A stretch of DNA of 64,000 bases from a phage: NCBI GenBank assembly GCA_012628545.1, contig GCA_012628545.1_3035.1; one strand, given 5' to 3'. Under the pieces are notes generated by a model. The model searched no databases. It worked only from the letters and a program-made list of their open reading frames with translations, and was not told the DNA's origin. Numbering within the stretch: position 1 is the first letter of the stretch; each line of letters begins with the position of its first letter. Of this stretch, positions 13,286 to 23,342 are shown piece after piece. Both the position numbers and the translations under genes were made by a program.

Positions 13286-13645
13286 TCAATACGGTTTAGC
13301 ATCAAATTTTCTCTCAATTTCAGGTGTGAAATATAATTCTTTACCGCGTTTGGAAAAGCGACCAATAATATGATAATTATTCTCATCAAACGTAATATTA
13401 CCAATATCCATAGCTTTCAACCAAATATCGATATTTCTATCCAGCTTTATGTCAAAATTCCAATACGGAGAACTATTACCGAAAATACTGCAAGCGGATT
13501 CAGTGAAACAACTGCTATAAATCTTGTCTTTAGGAACTACTAATTGATAGACACCTTTAATAAACTGAGGACCCTGCCACTTTGGCTGTTTCGCGTCTTT
13601 TTCTAATAGAATAGGGTAATAATTAAAATTCATATTTTCCGCCAC
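13286..13645 (-). CDS. hypothetical protein
   Basis: 119-aa ORF between td and frd; no recognisable motif. Confidence 0.5.
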   Translation of the reverse strand: MAENMNFNYYPILLEKDAKQPKWQGPQFIKGVYQLVVPKDKIYSSCFTESACSIFGNSSPYWNFDIKLDRNIDIWLKAMDIGNITFDENNYHIIGRFSKRGKELYFTPEIERKFDAKPY

Positions 13646-13653
13646 GTATTATT

Positions 13654-14480
<827 letters not shown>

Positions 14481-14491
14481 ATTATCTCCTA

Positions 14492-14824
14492 TTAAAAAGG
14501 ATCAGGAATATATCCGCTAGCTTTAATCATTTTAATTAACGTTAGCATTCCTTTATTAACCGCTAGTGAGATTTCATCAAAAACTTCATCACTAAAAAGT
14601 TCTAACACACCCTTCTGAACTTTTAATTTACAGCCAACAATTTCGTCATCGCCTATAGTAAATTCATTACCACCAATTCCTCCGAAAAACTTAATTACAC
14701 CAGTTAACTGTCTTCCACGAGAATATGGGTCGTGTGATAAAGTAATATGAGTCACCCCGGGTACAGTTTTAAATTGGCAGCGAATATTTACTTGTGAAAT
14801 TCCAGTTACATGAATATCAGACAT
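14492..14824 (-). CDS. hypothetical protein
   Basis: 110-aa ORF. Confidence 0.5.
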   Translation of the reverse strand: MSDIHVTGISQVNIRCQFKTVPGVTHITLSHDPYSRGRQLTGVIKFFGGIGGNEFTIGDDEIVGCKLKVQKGVLELFSDEVFDEISLAVNKGMLTLIKMIKASGYIPDPF

Positions 14825-14834
14825 AATATTTTCC

Positions 14835-15077
14835 TCAAATAGACTTTTTCACAATTTTCCAATCAGCTTTAAACTGATCGACGTCAGAGTGATAAATCCA
14901 AAATCCTGCGCTTTCTCCGTCTTCATAAAGAGGACATCCATCGCATTCATCTTCCCATCCCATATCACGTAAAAGATGTTCAGCTTTTTCAATAAGTTCA
15001 GAATCTTTACCAATAATATTAAAATACCATTTACCTCTAACTTCTGAATCTTTGATACTCTGACGTTGTAATCTCAT
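14835..15077 (-). CDS. hypothetical protein
   Basis: 80 aa from internal ATG; ORF-track extension reads through upstream promoter. Confidence 0.45.
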   Translation of the reverse strand: MRLQRQSIKDSEVRGKWYFNIIGKDSELIEKAEHLLRDMGWEDECDGCPLYEDGESAGFWIYHSDVDQFKADWKIVKKSI

Positions 15078-15087
15078 TTTATTCTCC

Positions 15088-15132
15088 TTAGTTGATAAGG
15101 CTATAGTATCACTACCATAGCCTGTTGTAAAC
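15088..15132 (-). promoter_or_regulatory. early promoter (conserved family)
   Basis: tagttgata...ctatagtatcac...gtaaac arrangement. Confidence 0.45.
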
Positions 15133-15134
15133 AA

Positions 15135-15428
15135 TTATTTTTGAATTTTATCGAGCCACTTACCAAGCTTAATCATTTCTTTAGTAGCCTTTTCCATACT
15201 TCTGAACTTAACCAATAGAGGATAGGTATCGACACCCATAACTAAACTGGTTACAAGACTGTGTTCACCCACAAGCCATAACGAATACGTTTGAATATCG
15301 AGCCCGTAATTTCTGTCTTTGTGGACCCGTACACCCATCACTTCAAATTTCTCACTAGCTTTTTCTACTGCATCCAGGAAATCATCTTTAGTCATATTAG
15401 GCCTTAAAAGTTTTTCGCAAAAGTTCAA
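15135..15428 (-). CDS. hypothetical protein
   Basis: 97-aa ORF. Confidence 0.45.
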   Translation of the reverse strand: MNFCEKLLRPNMTKDDFLDAVEKASEKFEVMGVRVHKDRNYGLDIQTYSLWLVGEHSLVTSLVMGVDTYPLLVKFRSMEKATKEMIKLGKWLDKIQK

Positions 15429-15774
15429 TGATTTCGTCTACATTGTTTTCATCTACAATGCAGTGAATTTTTGTTACGCCAGAAACCTTGTCTTCGACTT
15501 CATCTTCAGAAGTCGGTTCTTTATACTCACGAAAACAATGAAATTCATCTTCGCAAATTTCTAAAAGTCTATCTTTGAGGTAAAAATGCTTTCCATTTGC
15601 GCATTCAATGTGTTTTACTGCTTTATATCCATTAGCGACGGAAACTTCTTTAACTTCAAACCATCCGCCATTATCTCGAATAGCTTTAACGATTGATGAA
15701 TTAGAACGTGGGCTATAATTAATAAATGTATCAATAAGTCTTGGAACAAGTTCATACTTTTTGCCAATATACAT
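15397..15774 (-). CDS. hypothetical protein
   Basis: 125-aa ORF. Confidence 0.5.
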   Translation of the reverse strand: MYIGKKYELVPRLIDTFINYSPRSNSSIVKAIRDNGGWFEVKEVSVANGYKAVKHIECANGKHFYLKDRLLEICEDEFHCFREYKEPTSEDEVEDKVSGVTKIHCIVDENNVDEIIELLRKTFKA

Positions 15775-15817
15775 TACGTTTCCTCATTTTGATAGGGGCT
15801 TGATAGCCCCTTGATAA

Positions 15818-16045
15818 TTATTGTTCAATCAGTCCCATGTAAAATTCTGCGTCTTCGGCATCCATGCCATCACAATATTCATTAGCCATAAAGCGGGTGA
15901 GGTCTTCAAGAGGACCTTCAACAACAATTTGAATACTCCAAAATTTAGAATCTTGCACACTTGTGATACTAAGTTCAGGATAACGATTACGAATAATTTC
16001 TTCGATATATTCAAAATCAACGATGTCAATATCAACTTTAGCCAT
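15818..16045 (-). CDS. hypothetical small acidic protein
   Basis: 75 aa from internal ATG (MAKVDIDIV); ORF-track version starts at TTG inside the gene 32 terminator and reads through the promoter. Confidence 0.45.
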   Translation of the reverse strand: MAKVDIDIVDFEYIEEIIRNRYPELSITSVQDSKFWSIQIVVEGPLEDLTRFMANEYCDGMDAEDAEFYMGLIEQ

Positions 16046-16079
16046 ATTATTTTCCTCTTTAATCATCAGCAGTATTGCC

Positions 16080-16118
16080 GATAGTTGTATAGTACCATGG
16101 AAGGACAAGGATGTAAAC
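16080..16118 (-). promoter_or_regulatory. early promoter (conserved family)
   Basis: GTTTAC, about 15 bp, TGGTACTATACAACTATC on minus strand; A/T UP-like tract upstream. Confidence 0.5.
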
Positions 16119-16140
16119 CATTTTGTGAAAAAAATTTTTG

Positions 16141-16170
16141 AAATAAAAAAGGGGACCCTAGAGGTCCCCA
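16141..16170 (-). terminator. rho-independent terminator after gene 32
   Basis: Hairpin ggggaccc-tag-aggtcccc with flanking A/T runs. Confidence 0.55.
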
Positions 16171-16191
16171 ATTAATTAGTAATATAATCTA

Positions 16192-17100
16192 TTAAAGGTC
16201 ATTCAAAAGGTCATCCAGGTCCGTGTCATCAGCACTAGATGAACTGCTAGAGCTTGAGCTCATAAAATCATCTTCAGTTTTTGTATTGAAGTCATCAACA
16301 TTGAATGCATCCAAATCATCAGCAACTTTATCAGCTTTCTTAGCGGCAGTTGCTGCGGCACCGCCCATCACAGCAGTTCCCATAACTTGACCGAATTTAG
16401 TGCTCAGTTCTTCAAACGATTTGAATTTATCTTTAGAAGTCATTTCAGAAAGGTCAACCATTTGTTCGAACAGTTCTTTCTGGAAAGATTCATCATCAAT
16501 GTTTGGAATCGCAGATTGATTCAGGAATTTAGATTCGTCGTAGTTACTAAAACCAGAAACTTGTTTAACTTTCAGTACAAAGTTAGCACCTTCCCACGGA
16601 CAAGTTACATCAACCGGAGTTTCACCCATTTCAACATCAACTGCAATCATTGCATTGATTTTATCCCAGATTTTCTTACCGAAACGGTATTTAAATACTT
16701 TACCTTCGTTTTCTGGAGCAGCTGGGTCTTTTACAACAAGAATGTTAGCCCAGTAAGAAGTTTTACGTTTAACAAGACTGTACTCTTTATTGTCAGTGTT
16801 GTACAGATCATTTTTACTAATGTATTGACATACTGGGCAAGAATCGTAATCACCGTGGGTAGATGAACAGTTTTCAATATACCATTTACCATTTTTCTTG
16901 AAACCGTGATTTACAAGAATTGCGAACGGTGCTTGTTCATCATTTTTAGACGGAAGAAAACGAATTACTGCTTGACCGTTACCCGCATTGTCGAGTTTCA
17001 GTTTCCACTCGCCTTTATCTTCAGAAGAAAAACCACCTTTATTTCCAGCCAGTTTAGCCATTTGTGCAGCGAGTTCAGCAGTAGATTTACGTTTAAACAT
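16192..17100 (-). CDS. 32: single-stranded DNA-binding protein
   Basis: 302-aa ORF with acidic Ser/Asp-rich C-terminal tail; matches T4 gp32. Confidence 0.95.
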   Translation of the reverse strand: MFKRKSTAELAAQMAKLAGNKGGFSSEDKGEWKLKLDNAGNGQAVIRFLPSKNDEQAPFAILVNHGFKKNGKWYIENCSSTHGDYDSCPVCQYISKNDLYNTDNKEYSLVKRKTSYWANILVVKDPAAPENEGKVFKYRFGKKIWDKINAMIAVDVEMGETPVDVTCPWEGANFVLKVKQVSGFSNYDESKFLNQSAIPNIDDESFQKELFEQMVDLSEMTSKDKFKSFEELSTKFGQVMGTAVMGGAAATAAKKADKVADDLDAFNVDDFNTKTEDDFMSSSSSSSSSADDTDLDDLLNDL

Positions 17101-17170
17101 TTTTATTTCCTTTTAATTTAATTAACAGTTGGTGCTATGACGATGTATGACCTCATAGCTGGTCAGTGAG
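17101..17170 (-). promoter_or_regulatory. gene 32 translational operator (leader with pseudoknot)
   Basis: Leader contains GCUAUGAGGUCAUACAUCGUCAUAGCACC followed by A/U-rich tract before the AUG. Confidence 0.45.
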
Positions 17171-17173
17171 ATA

Positions 17174-17202
17174 ATTATAATCTATTTATAATAAGCAATT
17201 AA
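17174..17202 (-). promoter_or_regulatory. overlapping middle and late promoters of gene 32
   Basis: Minus strand TTGCTTAT MotA box, 12 bp, TATAAT; TATAAATA within the spacer. Confidence 0.45.
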
Positions 17203-17852
17203 TACTTGCAAGATTTCACAGTTTCAATGAAAACACTTTTAGCTTTCTGTGAATCAATATTTAAAATTTTTCTATAAGCCTTTAACTTTATAGAATAATT
17301 ATTCCAGACTAAATTATCAGTCTGTTCATCATGTTTATCAATTATATTTAAAAATGAATCAAGCAAGATAAACGTCTCAAACGAAATTATGTTCGATTGC
17401 AGAAGTTTAAAAATATAACTTGACTGAACCTTTGGATTATATTCAAAGATTTCTTTAAAAGCAGAAACTTCAACTTTTTTACTAAAATAATAAATGTTGC
17501 GAATATCTTCTTCAAACTTAAATTTAATTTGCTTTAAGCGTCCGATATATTCACGATAAAACACAAGTGCATCAGCGTCAGAGATGTCACCAATCCAAGC
17601 ATCTTGGTTAGCTACAAGATTGCTAATAAAAATTAAAGTCAATTCTTTTAATTTATACTTTTCTGATAGCTTTTGGAAAAAATACTTATCCCTTCGCTTT
17701 TGATAAGCGGCATCAGACACCCGCATGCACCAATTATACTTAATAACATCATACTTTCCATTCATATGTTGTTTTATCATTAAGTATAATTTATAAACTG
17801 ATTTACCATCAATATATCTTTCACCACCAGCAGGCATGCGGAGTTTAATCAT
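17199..17852 (-). CDS. 59: helicase loader
   Basis: 217-aa ORF; T4 gp59 length and sequence recall. Confidence 0.9.
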   Translation of the reverse strand: MIKLRMPAGGERYIDGKSVYKLYLMIKQHMNGKYDVIKYNWCMRVSDAAYQKRRDKYFFQKLSEKYKLKELTLIFISNLVANQDAWIGDISDADALVFYREYIGRLKQIKFKFEEDIRNIYYFSKKVEVSAFKEIFEYNPKVQSSYIFKLLQSNIISFETFILLDSFLNIIDKHDEQTDNLVWNNYSIKLKAYRKILNIDSQKAKSVFIETVKSCKY

Positions 17853-18187
17853 AGCAGAAAATCTAATGTATTAGTTTTTTCACAACGAACAACAGAAGGA
17901 CGTAAAAGATTTTCGTCAATGGCTTCTGACTGAATTTTTTCAATTATACCCGAAGGAATAAATTTAGCAAATTGAGTTTCAGGAATAGAATTTTCTTCCA
18001 AGAATGCTGTTGTAGCTTCAAGATAACTCATTCCAAACTCTTCTACCATTTTTTCAATAATAAATCCATTTTCTTGACGATCAAGAAGCTTTGCTATTTC
18101 ATCCTTTTCTTTCTTAATTGAAAGTTCTTTTTCTGAAAGACCGGTCTCATCGACCGGACGAATATCATTTAGAGAAAACTGTGTCAT
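17849..18187 (-). CDS. 33: late transcription co-activator
   Basis: 112 aa from MTQFSL; ORF track adds 3 codons upstream. Confidence 0.8.
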   Translation of the reverse strand: MTQFSLNDIRPVDETGLSEKELSIKKEKDEIAKLLDRQENGFIIEKMVEEFGMSYLEATTAFLEENSIPETQFAKFIPSGIIEKIQSEAIDENLLRPSVVRCEKTNTLDFLL

Positions 18188-18434
18188 AAAGTTCAACTAC
18201 CTCTTCAGTTTCAGCTTCAAACACATCACGGTTATCTTTATGATACAAAGCTAATAGACGATTAAACATCTTACCATCAACGCCAAGTTCATCTTTAGCA
18301 CGAATTCGAATATCTTTAATCAGTTCATTATAACCGGAAATTTTCAGTTTATGATCAGATGCTTCTTTAATAAATTTAGCCAAATCTTCGCCGTGGATAG
18401 CTTCATCAAATTCAACCATTTCTTTTTTAGCCAT
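18165..18434 (-). CDS. dsbA: dsDNA-binding protein
   Basis: 89-aa ORF in the T4 dsbA position. Confidence 0.7.
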   Translation of the reverse strand: MAKKEMVEFDEAIHGEDLAKFIKEASDHKLKISGYNELIKDIRIRAKDELGVDGKMFNRLLALYHKDNRDVFEAETEEVVELYDTVFSK

Positions 18435-18442
18435 TATTCACC

Positions 18443-19360
18443 TCAAAATTCATTAATGCTATTAGTTAATTTAGAAAGACCCGCTTTTACAAAATATGAA
18501 TAAATTTTGCCACGCGGTGGTAATTTATATGAATTATAGTAATTCACAATGTTTGAAGCAATATTATCAGGAATATAATCAAAATCAATTAGAACTAAAT
18601 TTTCTTTATAACGATTATATTCAGATTCTGTGAGAAGCACCTTAGCTTGCTCACGGTCATTAGCAATAGCTTCAACGATTGAAGTTTTCATTGAAGGAGT
18701 TCGTTCACCTTCAACTCTGGTAAACCAAAAGTCAGATCGTACTTTAACTGAAGCAACGTTATCCTTTTTGTCGCCTTTAAGGATTTTAGTCATACAGTCA
18801 ATTTCAGCAGAACCGCTTTTAATTTTAACCCATTTCTTATGCATCGGTGACCATTGCTTAACATTTGGGTATTTGTGAAGCTGTGTAAAGTCACCATCCG
18901 ATGAAATGATTAAAATCTTGTGTCCTTCTAAAGAGAACTTTTTAACAAGAACAGCAATGTGGTCATCTGCTTCATACTTATCAATATCCATAACAATGTA
19001 TGGCATATAAGCTTTCAATTCATCTATAACTTTATGGCTGGATTCAAAATAACCTTCCCAGTCCCAAGTAGATTCTTCTCGTGCTTTTCCACGGTTTTTC
19101 TTATAATAATACGCGAAATCACGACGCCAGTATCCAGATTTCGCGTTATCAATACACAATACAATTTTAGTGTATCCAAGAGCTTTTGCTTTTTTGACAT
19201 TAAACTTAATTGAGTTCAATATCAAATGACGAACCATTGATAAATTAATTTTTTCTTTATCTGGGAAGTTTACCAAAGCAGTTGAAAGCGCAATTTGACT
19301 AAAGTCAATTAAGCAGATTCCTTCTTTGTAATCTTCATCCAGCATCATTTCTAAATCCAT
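18443..19360 (-). CDS. rnh: RNase H (5'-3' exonuclease, FEN family)
   Basis: 305 aa from MDLEMM with GAGG SD; ORF track gives 310 aa. Confidence 0.9.
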   Translation of the reverse strand: MDLEMMLDEDYKEGICLIDFSQIALSTALVNFPDKEKINLSMVRHLILNSIKFNVKKAKALGYTKIVLCIDNAKSGYWRRDFAYYYKKNRGKAREESTWDWEGYFESSHKVIDELKAYMPYIVMDIDKYEADDHIAVLVKKFSLEGHKILIISSDGDFTQLHKYPNVKQWSPMHKKWVKIKSGSAEIDCMTKILKGDKKDNVASVKVRSDFWFTRVEGERTPSMKTSIVEAIANDREQAKVLLTESEYNRYKENLVLIDFDYIPDNIASNIVNYYNSYKLPPRGKIYSYFVKAGLSKLTNSINEF

Positions 19361-19390
19361 ATGAACCTCGTTCAATTAGTGAGATTTCTA

Positions 19391-19419
19391 TTATATACCA
19401 TCCAAATCTTAAAGTAAAC
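19391..19419 (-). promoter_or_regulatory. early promoter for rnh
   Basis: GTTTAC and TGGTATATAATAG extended -10 on minus strand. Confidence 0.4.
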
Positions 19420-19422
19420 AAG

Positions 19423-19430
19423 TATAAATA
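19423..19430 (+). promoter_or_regulatory. late promoter (TATAAATA) for gene 34
   Basis: Exact TATAAATA 35 bp upstream of the gene 34 ATG. Confidence 0.6.
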
Positions 19431-19464
19431 CTTATTATTGAAAACACAATAGGAGCCCGGGAGA

Positions 19465-22400
19465 ATGGCCGAGATTAAAAGAAAGTTCAGAGCAGAAGAT
19501 GGTCTGGACGCAGGTGGTGATAAAATAATCAACGTAGCTTTAGCTGATCGTACCGTAGGAACTGACGGTGTTAACGTTGATTACTTAATTCAAGAAAACA
19601 CAGTTCAACAATATGATCCAACTCGTGGATATTTAAAAGATTTTGTAATCATTTATGATAACCGCTTTTGGGCTGCTATAAATGATATTCCAAAACCAGC
19701 AGGAGCTTTTAATAGCGGACGCTGGAGAGCATTACGTACAGATGCTAACTGGATTACGGTTTCATCTGGTTCATATCAATTAAAATCTGGTGAAGCAATT
19801 TCGGTTAACACTGCAGCTGGAAATGACATTACGTTTACTTTACCGTCTTCTCCAATTGATGGTGATACTATCATTCTCCAAGATATTGGAGGAAAACCTG
19901 GAGTTAACCAAGTTTTAATTGTAGCTCCAGTGCAAAGTATTGTAAACTTTAGAGGTGAACAGGTACGTTCAGTACTAATGACTCATCCAAAGTCACAGCT
20001 AGTTTTAATTTTTAGTAATCGTCTGTGGCAAATGTATGTTGCTGATTATAGTAGAGAAGCTGTAATTGTAACACCAGCGAATACTTATCAAGCGCAATCA
20101 AATGATTTTATCGTACGTAGATTTACTTCTGCTGCACCAATTAATGTTAAACTTCCAAGATTTGCTAATCACGGCGATATTATTAATTTCGTTGATTTAG
20201 ATAAACTGAATCCACTTTATCATACAATTGTTACTACATACGATGAAACGACTTCAGTACAAGAAGTTGGAACTCATTCCATTGAAGGCCGTACATCGAT
20301 TGACGGTTTCTTGATGTTTGATGATAATGAGAAATTGTGGAGATTGTTTGACGGGGATAGTAAAGCGCGTTTACGCATTATAACGACTAATTCTAATATT
20401 CGTCCAAACGAAGAAGTTATGGTATTTGGTGCGAATAACGGAACAACCCAAACAATTGAGCTTCAGCTTCCAACTAATATTTCTGTTGGTGATACTGTTA
20501 AAATTTCCATGAATTACATGAGAAAAGGACAAACAGTTAAAATCAAAGCTGCCGGTGAAGATAAAATTGCTTCTTCAGTTCAATTACTGCAATTCCCAAA
20601 ACGCTCAGAATATCCGCCTGAAGCTGAATGGGTTACAGTCCAAGAATTAGTTTTTAACGGTGAAACTAATTATGTTCCAGTTTTGCAACTTGCTTACATA
20701 GAAGATTCTGATGGAAAATATTGGGTTGTACAGCAAAACGTTCCAACCGTAGAAAGAGTAGACTCTTTAAATGATTCTACTAGAGCAAGATTAGGCGTAA
20801 TTGCTTTAGCTACACAAGCTCAAGCTAATGTCGATTTAGAAAATTCTCCACAAAAAGAATTAGCAATTACTCCAGAAACATTAGCTAACCGTACTGCTAC
20901 AGAAACTCGTAGAGGTATCGCAAGAATAGCAACTACTGCTCAAGTGAATCAGAACACCACATTCTCTTTTGCTGATGATATTATCATCACTCCTAAAAAG
21001 CTGAATGAAAGAACTGCTACAGAAACTCGCAGAGGTGTTGCAGAAATTGCTACTCAGCAAGAAACAAACGCAGGAACAGATGATACAACCATCATTACTC
21101 CTAAAAAGCTTCAAGCTCGTCAAGGTTCTGAATCATTATCTGGTATTGTAACTTTTGTATCTACTGCAGGTGCTACTCCAGCTTCTAGCCGTGAATTAAA
21201 TGGTACGAATGTTTATAATAAAAACACTAATAATTTAGTTGTTTCGCCAAAAGCTTTGGATCAGTATAAAGCTACGCCTACTCAACAGGGTGCAGTAATT
21301 TTAGCAGTTGAAAGTGAAGTAATTGCTGGACAAAGTCAGGAAGGATGGGCAAATGCTGTTGTAACGCCAGAAACGTTACATAAAAAGACATCAACTGATG
21401 GAAGAATTGGTTTAATTGAAATTGCTACGCAAAGTGAAGTTAATACAGGAACTGATTATACTCGTGCAGTCACTCCTAAAACTTTAAATGATCGTAGAGC
21501 AACTGAAAGTTTAAGTGGTATAGCTGAAATTGCTACGCAAGTTGAATTCGACGCAGGCGTCGACGATACTCGTATCTCTACGCCATTAAAAATTAAAACT
21601 AGATTTAATAGTACTGATCGTACTTCTGTTGTTGCTCTATCTGGATTAGTTGAATCAGGAACTCTCTGGGACCATTATACCCTTAATATTCTTGAAGCAA
21701 ATGAGACACAGCGTGGTACACTTCGTGTGGCTACACAAGTTGAAGCTGCTGCAGGAACATTAGATAATGTTTTAATAACTCCTAAAAAGCTTTTAGGTAC
21801 TAAATCTACCGAATCGCAAGAAGGTGTTATTAAAGTTGCAACTCAGTCTGAAACTGTGACTGGAGCATCAGCAAATACTGCTGTATCTCCAAAAAATTTA
21901 AAATGGATTGTGCAGAGTGAACCTACCTGGGCAGCTACTACTGCGGTAAGAGGTTTTGTTAAAACTTCATCTGGTTCAATTACGTTCGTTGGTAATGATA
22001 CAGTCGGTTCTACCCAAGATTTAGAACTGTATGAGAAAAATAGCTATGCAATATCACCATATGAATTAAACCGTGTATTAGCAAATTATTTACCGTTAAA
22101 AGCAAAAGCTGCAGATAGTAATTTATTGGATGGTCTAGATTCATCTCAGTTCATTCGTAGGGACATTGCGCAGACAGTTAATGGTTCACTAACCTTAACC
22201 CAACAAACGAATCTGAGTGCCCCTCTTGTATCATCTAGTACTGCTGCGTTTGGTGGTTCAGTTTCGGCAAATAGTACATTAACTATTTCTAATACTGGAA
22301 CGGCAACTCGTCTGATTTTTGAGAAAGGACCTCAAACTGGAACTAACCCAGCACAGACGATGACTATCAGAGTTTGGGGAAATCAGTTTAGTGGCGGATC

Positions 22401-23334
22401 AGATACAACGCGTTCTACTGTATTTGAAGTTGGTGATGAAACGTCTAATCACTTTTATTCTCAACGCAATAAAGCTGGGAATATAACGTTTAGTATCAAT
22501 GGTACTGTAATGCCAATAAATGTTAATGCTTCGGGTTCTTTGAATGCGAATGGCGTAGCAACATTTGGTAGTTCAGTTACAGCCAATGGTGAATTCATTA
22601 GCAAGTCTGCAAATGCTTTCAGAGCAATAAACGGTGATTATGGATTCTTTATCAGGAATGATGGCGGCAGCACATATTTTATGCTTACTGCATCTGGTGA
22701 TCAGACCGGTGGATTTAATGGATTACGTCCATTATCAATTAATAATCAATCCGGTCAAGTCACAATTGGTGAAAGCTTAATCATTGCCAAAGGTGCTACT
22801 ATAAATTCAGGCGGTTTAACTGTTAACTCGAGAATTCGTTCTCAGGGTACTAAAACATCTGATTTATATACCCGTGCGCCAACATCTGATACTGTAGGAT
22901 TCTGGTCAATAGATATTAACGATTCAGCCACTTATAACCAGTTCCCAGGTTATTTTAAAATGGTTGAAAAAACTAACGAAGTGACTGGACTTCCGTACTT
23001 AGAACGTGGCGAAGAAGTTAAATCTCCTGGTACACTGACACAGTTTGGTAACACACTTGATTCGCTTTACCAAGATTGGATTACTTATCCAACGACACCA
23101 GAAGCGCGTACCACTCGCTGGACACGTACATGGCAGAAAACCAAAAACTCTTGGTCAAGTTTTGTTCAGGTATTTGACGGAGGTAACCCTCCTCAACCAT
23201 CTGATATCGGTGCTTTACCATCTGATAATGCTACAATGGGGAATCTTACTATTCGTGATTTCTTGCGAATTGGTAATGTTCGCATTGTTCCTGACCCAGT
23301 GAATAAAACGGTTAAATTTGAATGGGTTGAATAA
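19465..23334 (+). CDS. 34: long tail fibre proximal subunit
   Basis: 1289-aa ORF after a TATAAATA late promoter; T4 gp34 length; internal repeated motifs. Confidence 0.95.
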   Translation: MAEIKRKFRAEDGLDAGGDKIINVALADRTVGTDGVNVDYLIQENTVQQYDPTRGYLKDFVIIYDNRFWAAINDIPKPAGAFNSGRWRALRTDANWITVSSGSYQLKSGEAISVNTAAGNDITFTLPSSPIDGDTIILQDIGGKPGVNQVLIVAPVQSIVNFRGEQVRSVLMTHPKSQLVLIFSNRLWQMYVADYSREAVIVTPANTYQAQSNDFIVRRFTSAAPINVKLPRFANHGDIINFVDLDKLNPLYHTIVTTYDETTSVQEVGTHSIEGRTSIDGFLMFDDNEKLWRLFDGDSKARLRIITTNSNIRPNEEVMVFGANNGTTQTIELQLPTNISVGDTVKISMNYMRKGQTVKIKAAGEDKIASSVQLLQFPKRSEYPPEAEWVTVQELVFNGETNYVPVLQLAYIEDSDGKYWVVQQNVPTVERVDSLNDSTRARLGVIALATQAQANVDLENSPQKELAITPETLANRTATETRRGIARIATTAQVNQNTTFSFADDIIITPKKLNERTATETRRGVAEIATQQETNAGTDDTTIITPKKLQARQGSESLSGIVTFVSTAGATPASSRELNGTNVYNKNTNNLVVSPKALDQYKATPTQQGAVILAVESEVIAGQSQEGWANAVVTPETLHKKTSTDGRIGLIEIATQSEVNTGTDYTRAVTPKTLNDRRATESLSGIAEIATQVEFDAGVDDTRISTPLKIKTRFNSTDRTSVVALSGLVESGTLWDHYTLNILEANETQRGTLRVATQVEAAAGTLDNVLITPKKLLGTKSTESQEGVIKVATQSETVTGASANTAVSPKNLKWIVQSEPTWAATTAVRGFVKTSSGSITFVGNDTVGSTQDLELYEKNSYAISPYELNRVLANYLPLKAKAADSNLLDGLDSSQFIRRDIAQTVNGSLTLTQQTNLSAPLVSSSTAAFGGSVSANSTLTISNTGTATRLIFEKGPQTGTNPAQTMTIRVWGNQFSGGSDTTRSTVFEVGDETSNHFYSQRNKAGNITFSINGTVMPINVNASGSLNANGVATFGSSVTANGEFISKSANAFRAINGDYGFFIRNDGGSTYFMLTASGDQTGGFNGLRPLSINNQSGQVTIGESLIIAKGATINSGGLTVNSRIRSQGTKTSDLYTRAPTSDTVGFWSIDINDSATYNQFPGYFKMVEKTNEVTGLPYLERGEEVKSPGTLTQFGNTLDSLYQDWITYPTTPEARTTRWTRTWQKTKNSWSSFVQVFDGGNPPQPSDIGALPSDNATMGNLTIRDFLRIGNVRIVPDPVNKTVKFEWVE

Positions 23335-23342
23335 GAGGTATT

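Noticed and set aside
15818-16171. Long N-terminal extensions of several minus-strand ORFs (also 62315-62608, 35423-35671, 14835-15134, 6716-7876)
   Set aside because: The extensions translate the conserved promoter or terminator sequence (recurring HGTIQLS peptide, TTG/GTG starts inside hairpins); real starts are the internal ATGs with Shine-Dalgarno sequences.
16387-16866. 159-aa plus-strand ORF antisense to gene 32
   Set aside because: Entirely inside the gene 32 coding region on the opposite strand; typical shadow ORF in AT-rich DNA.
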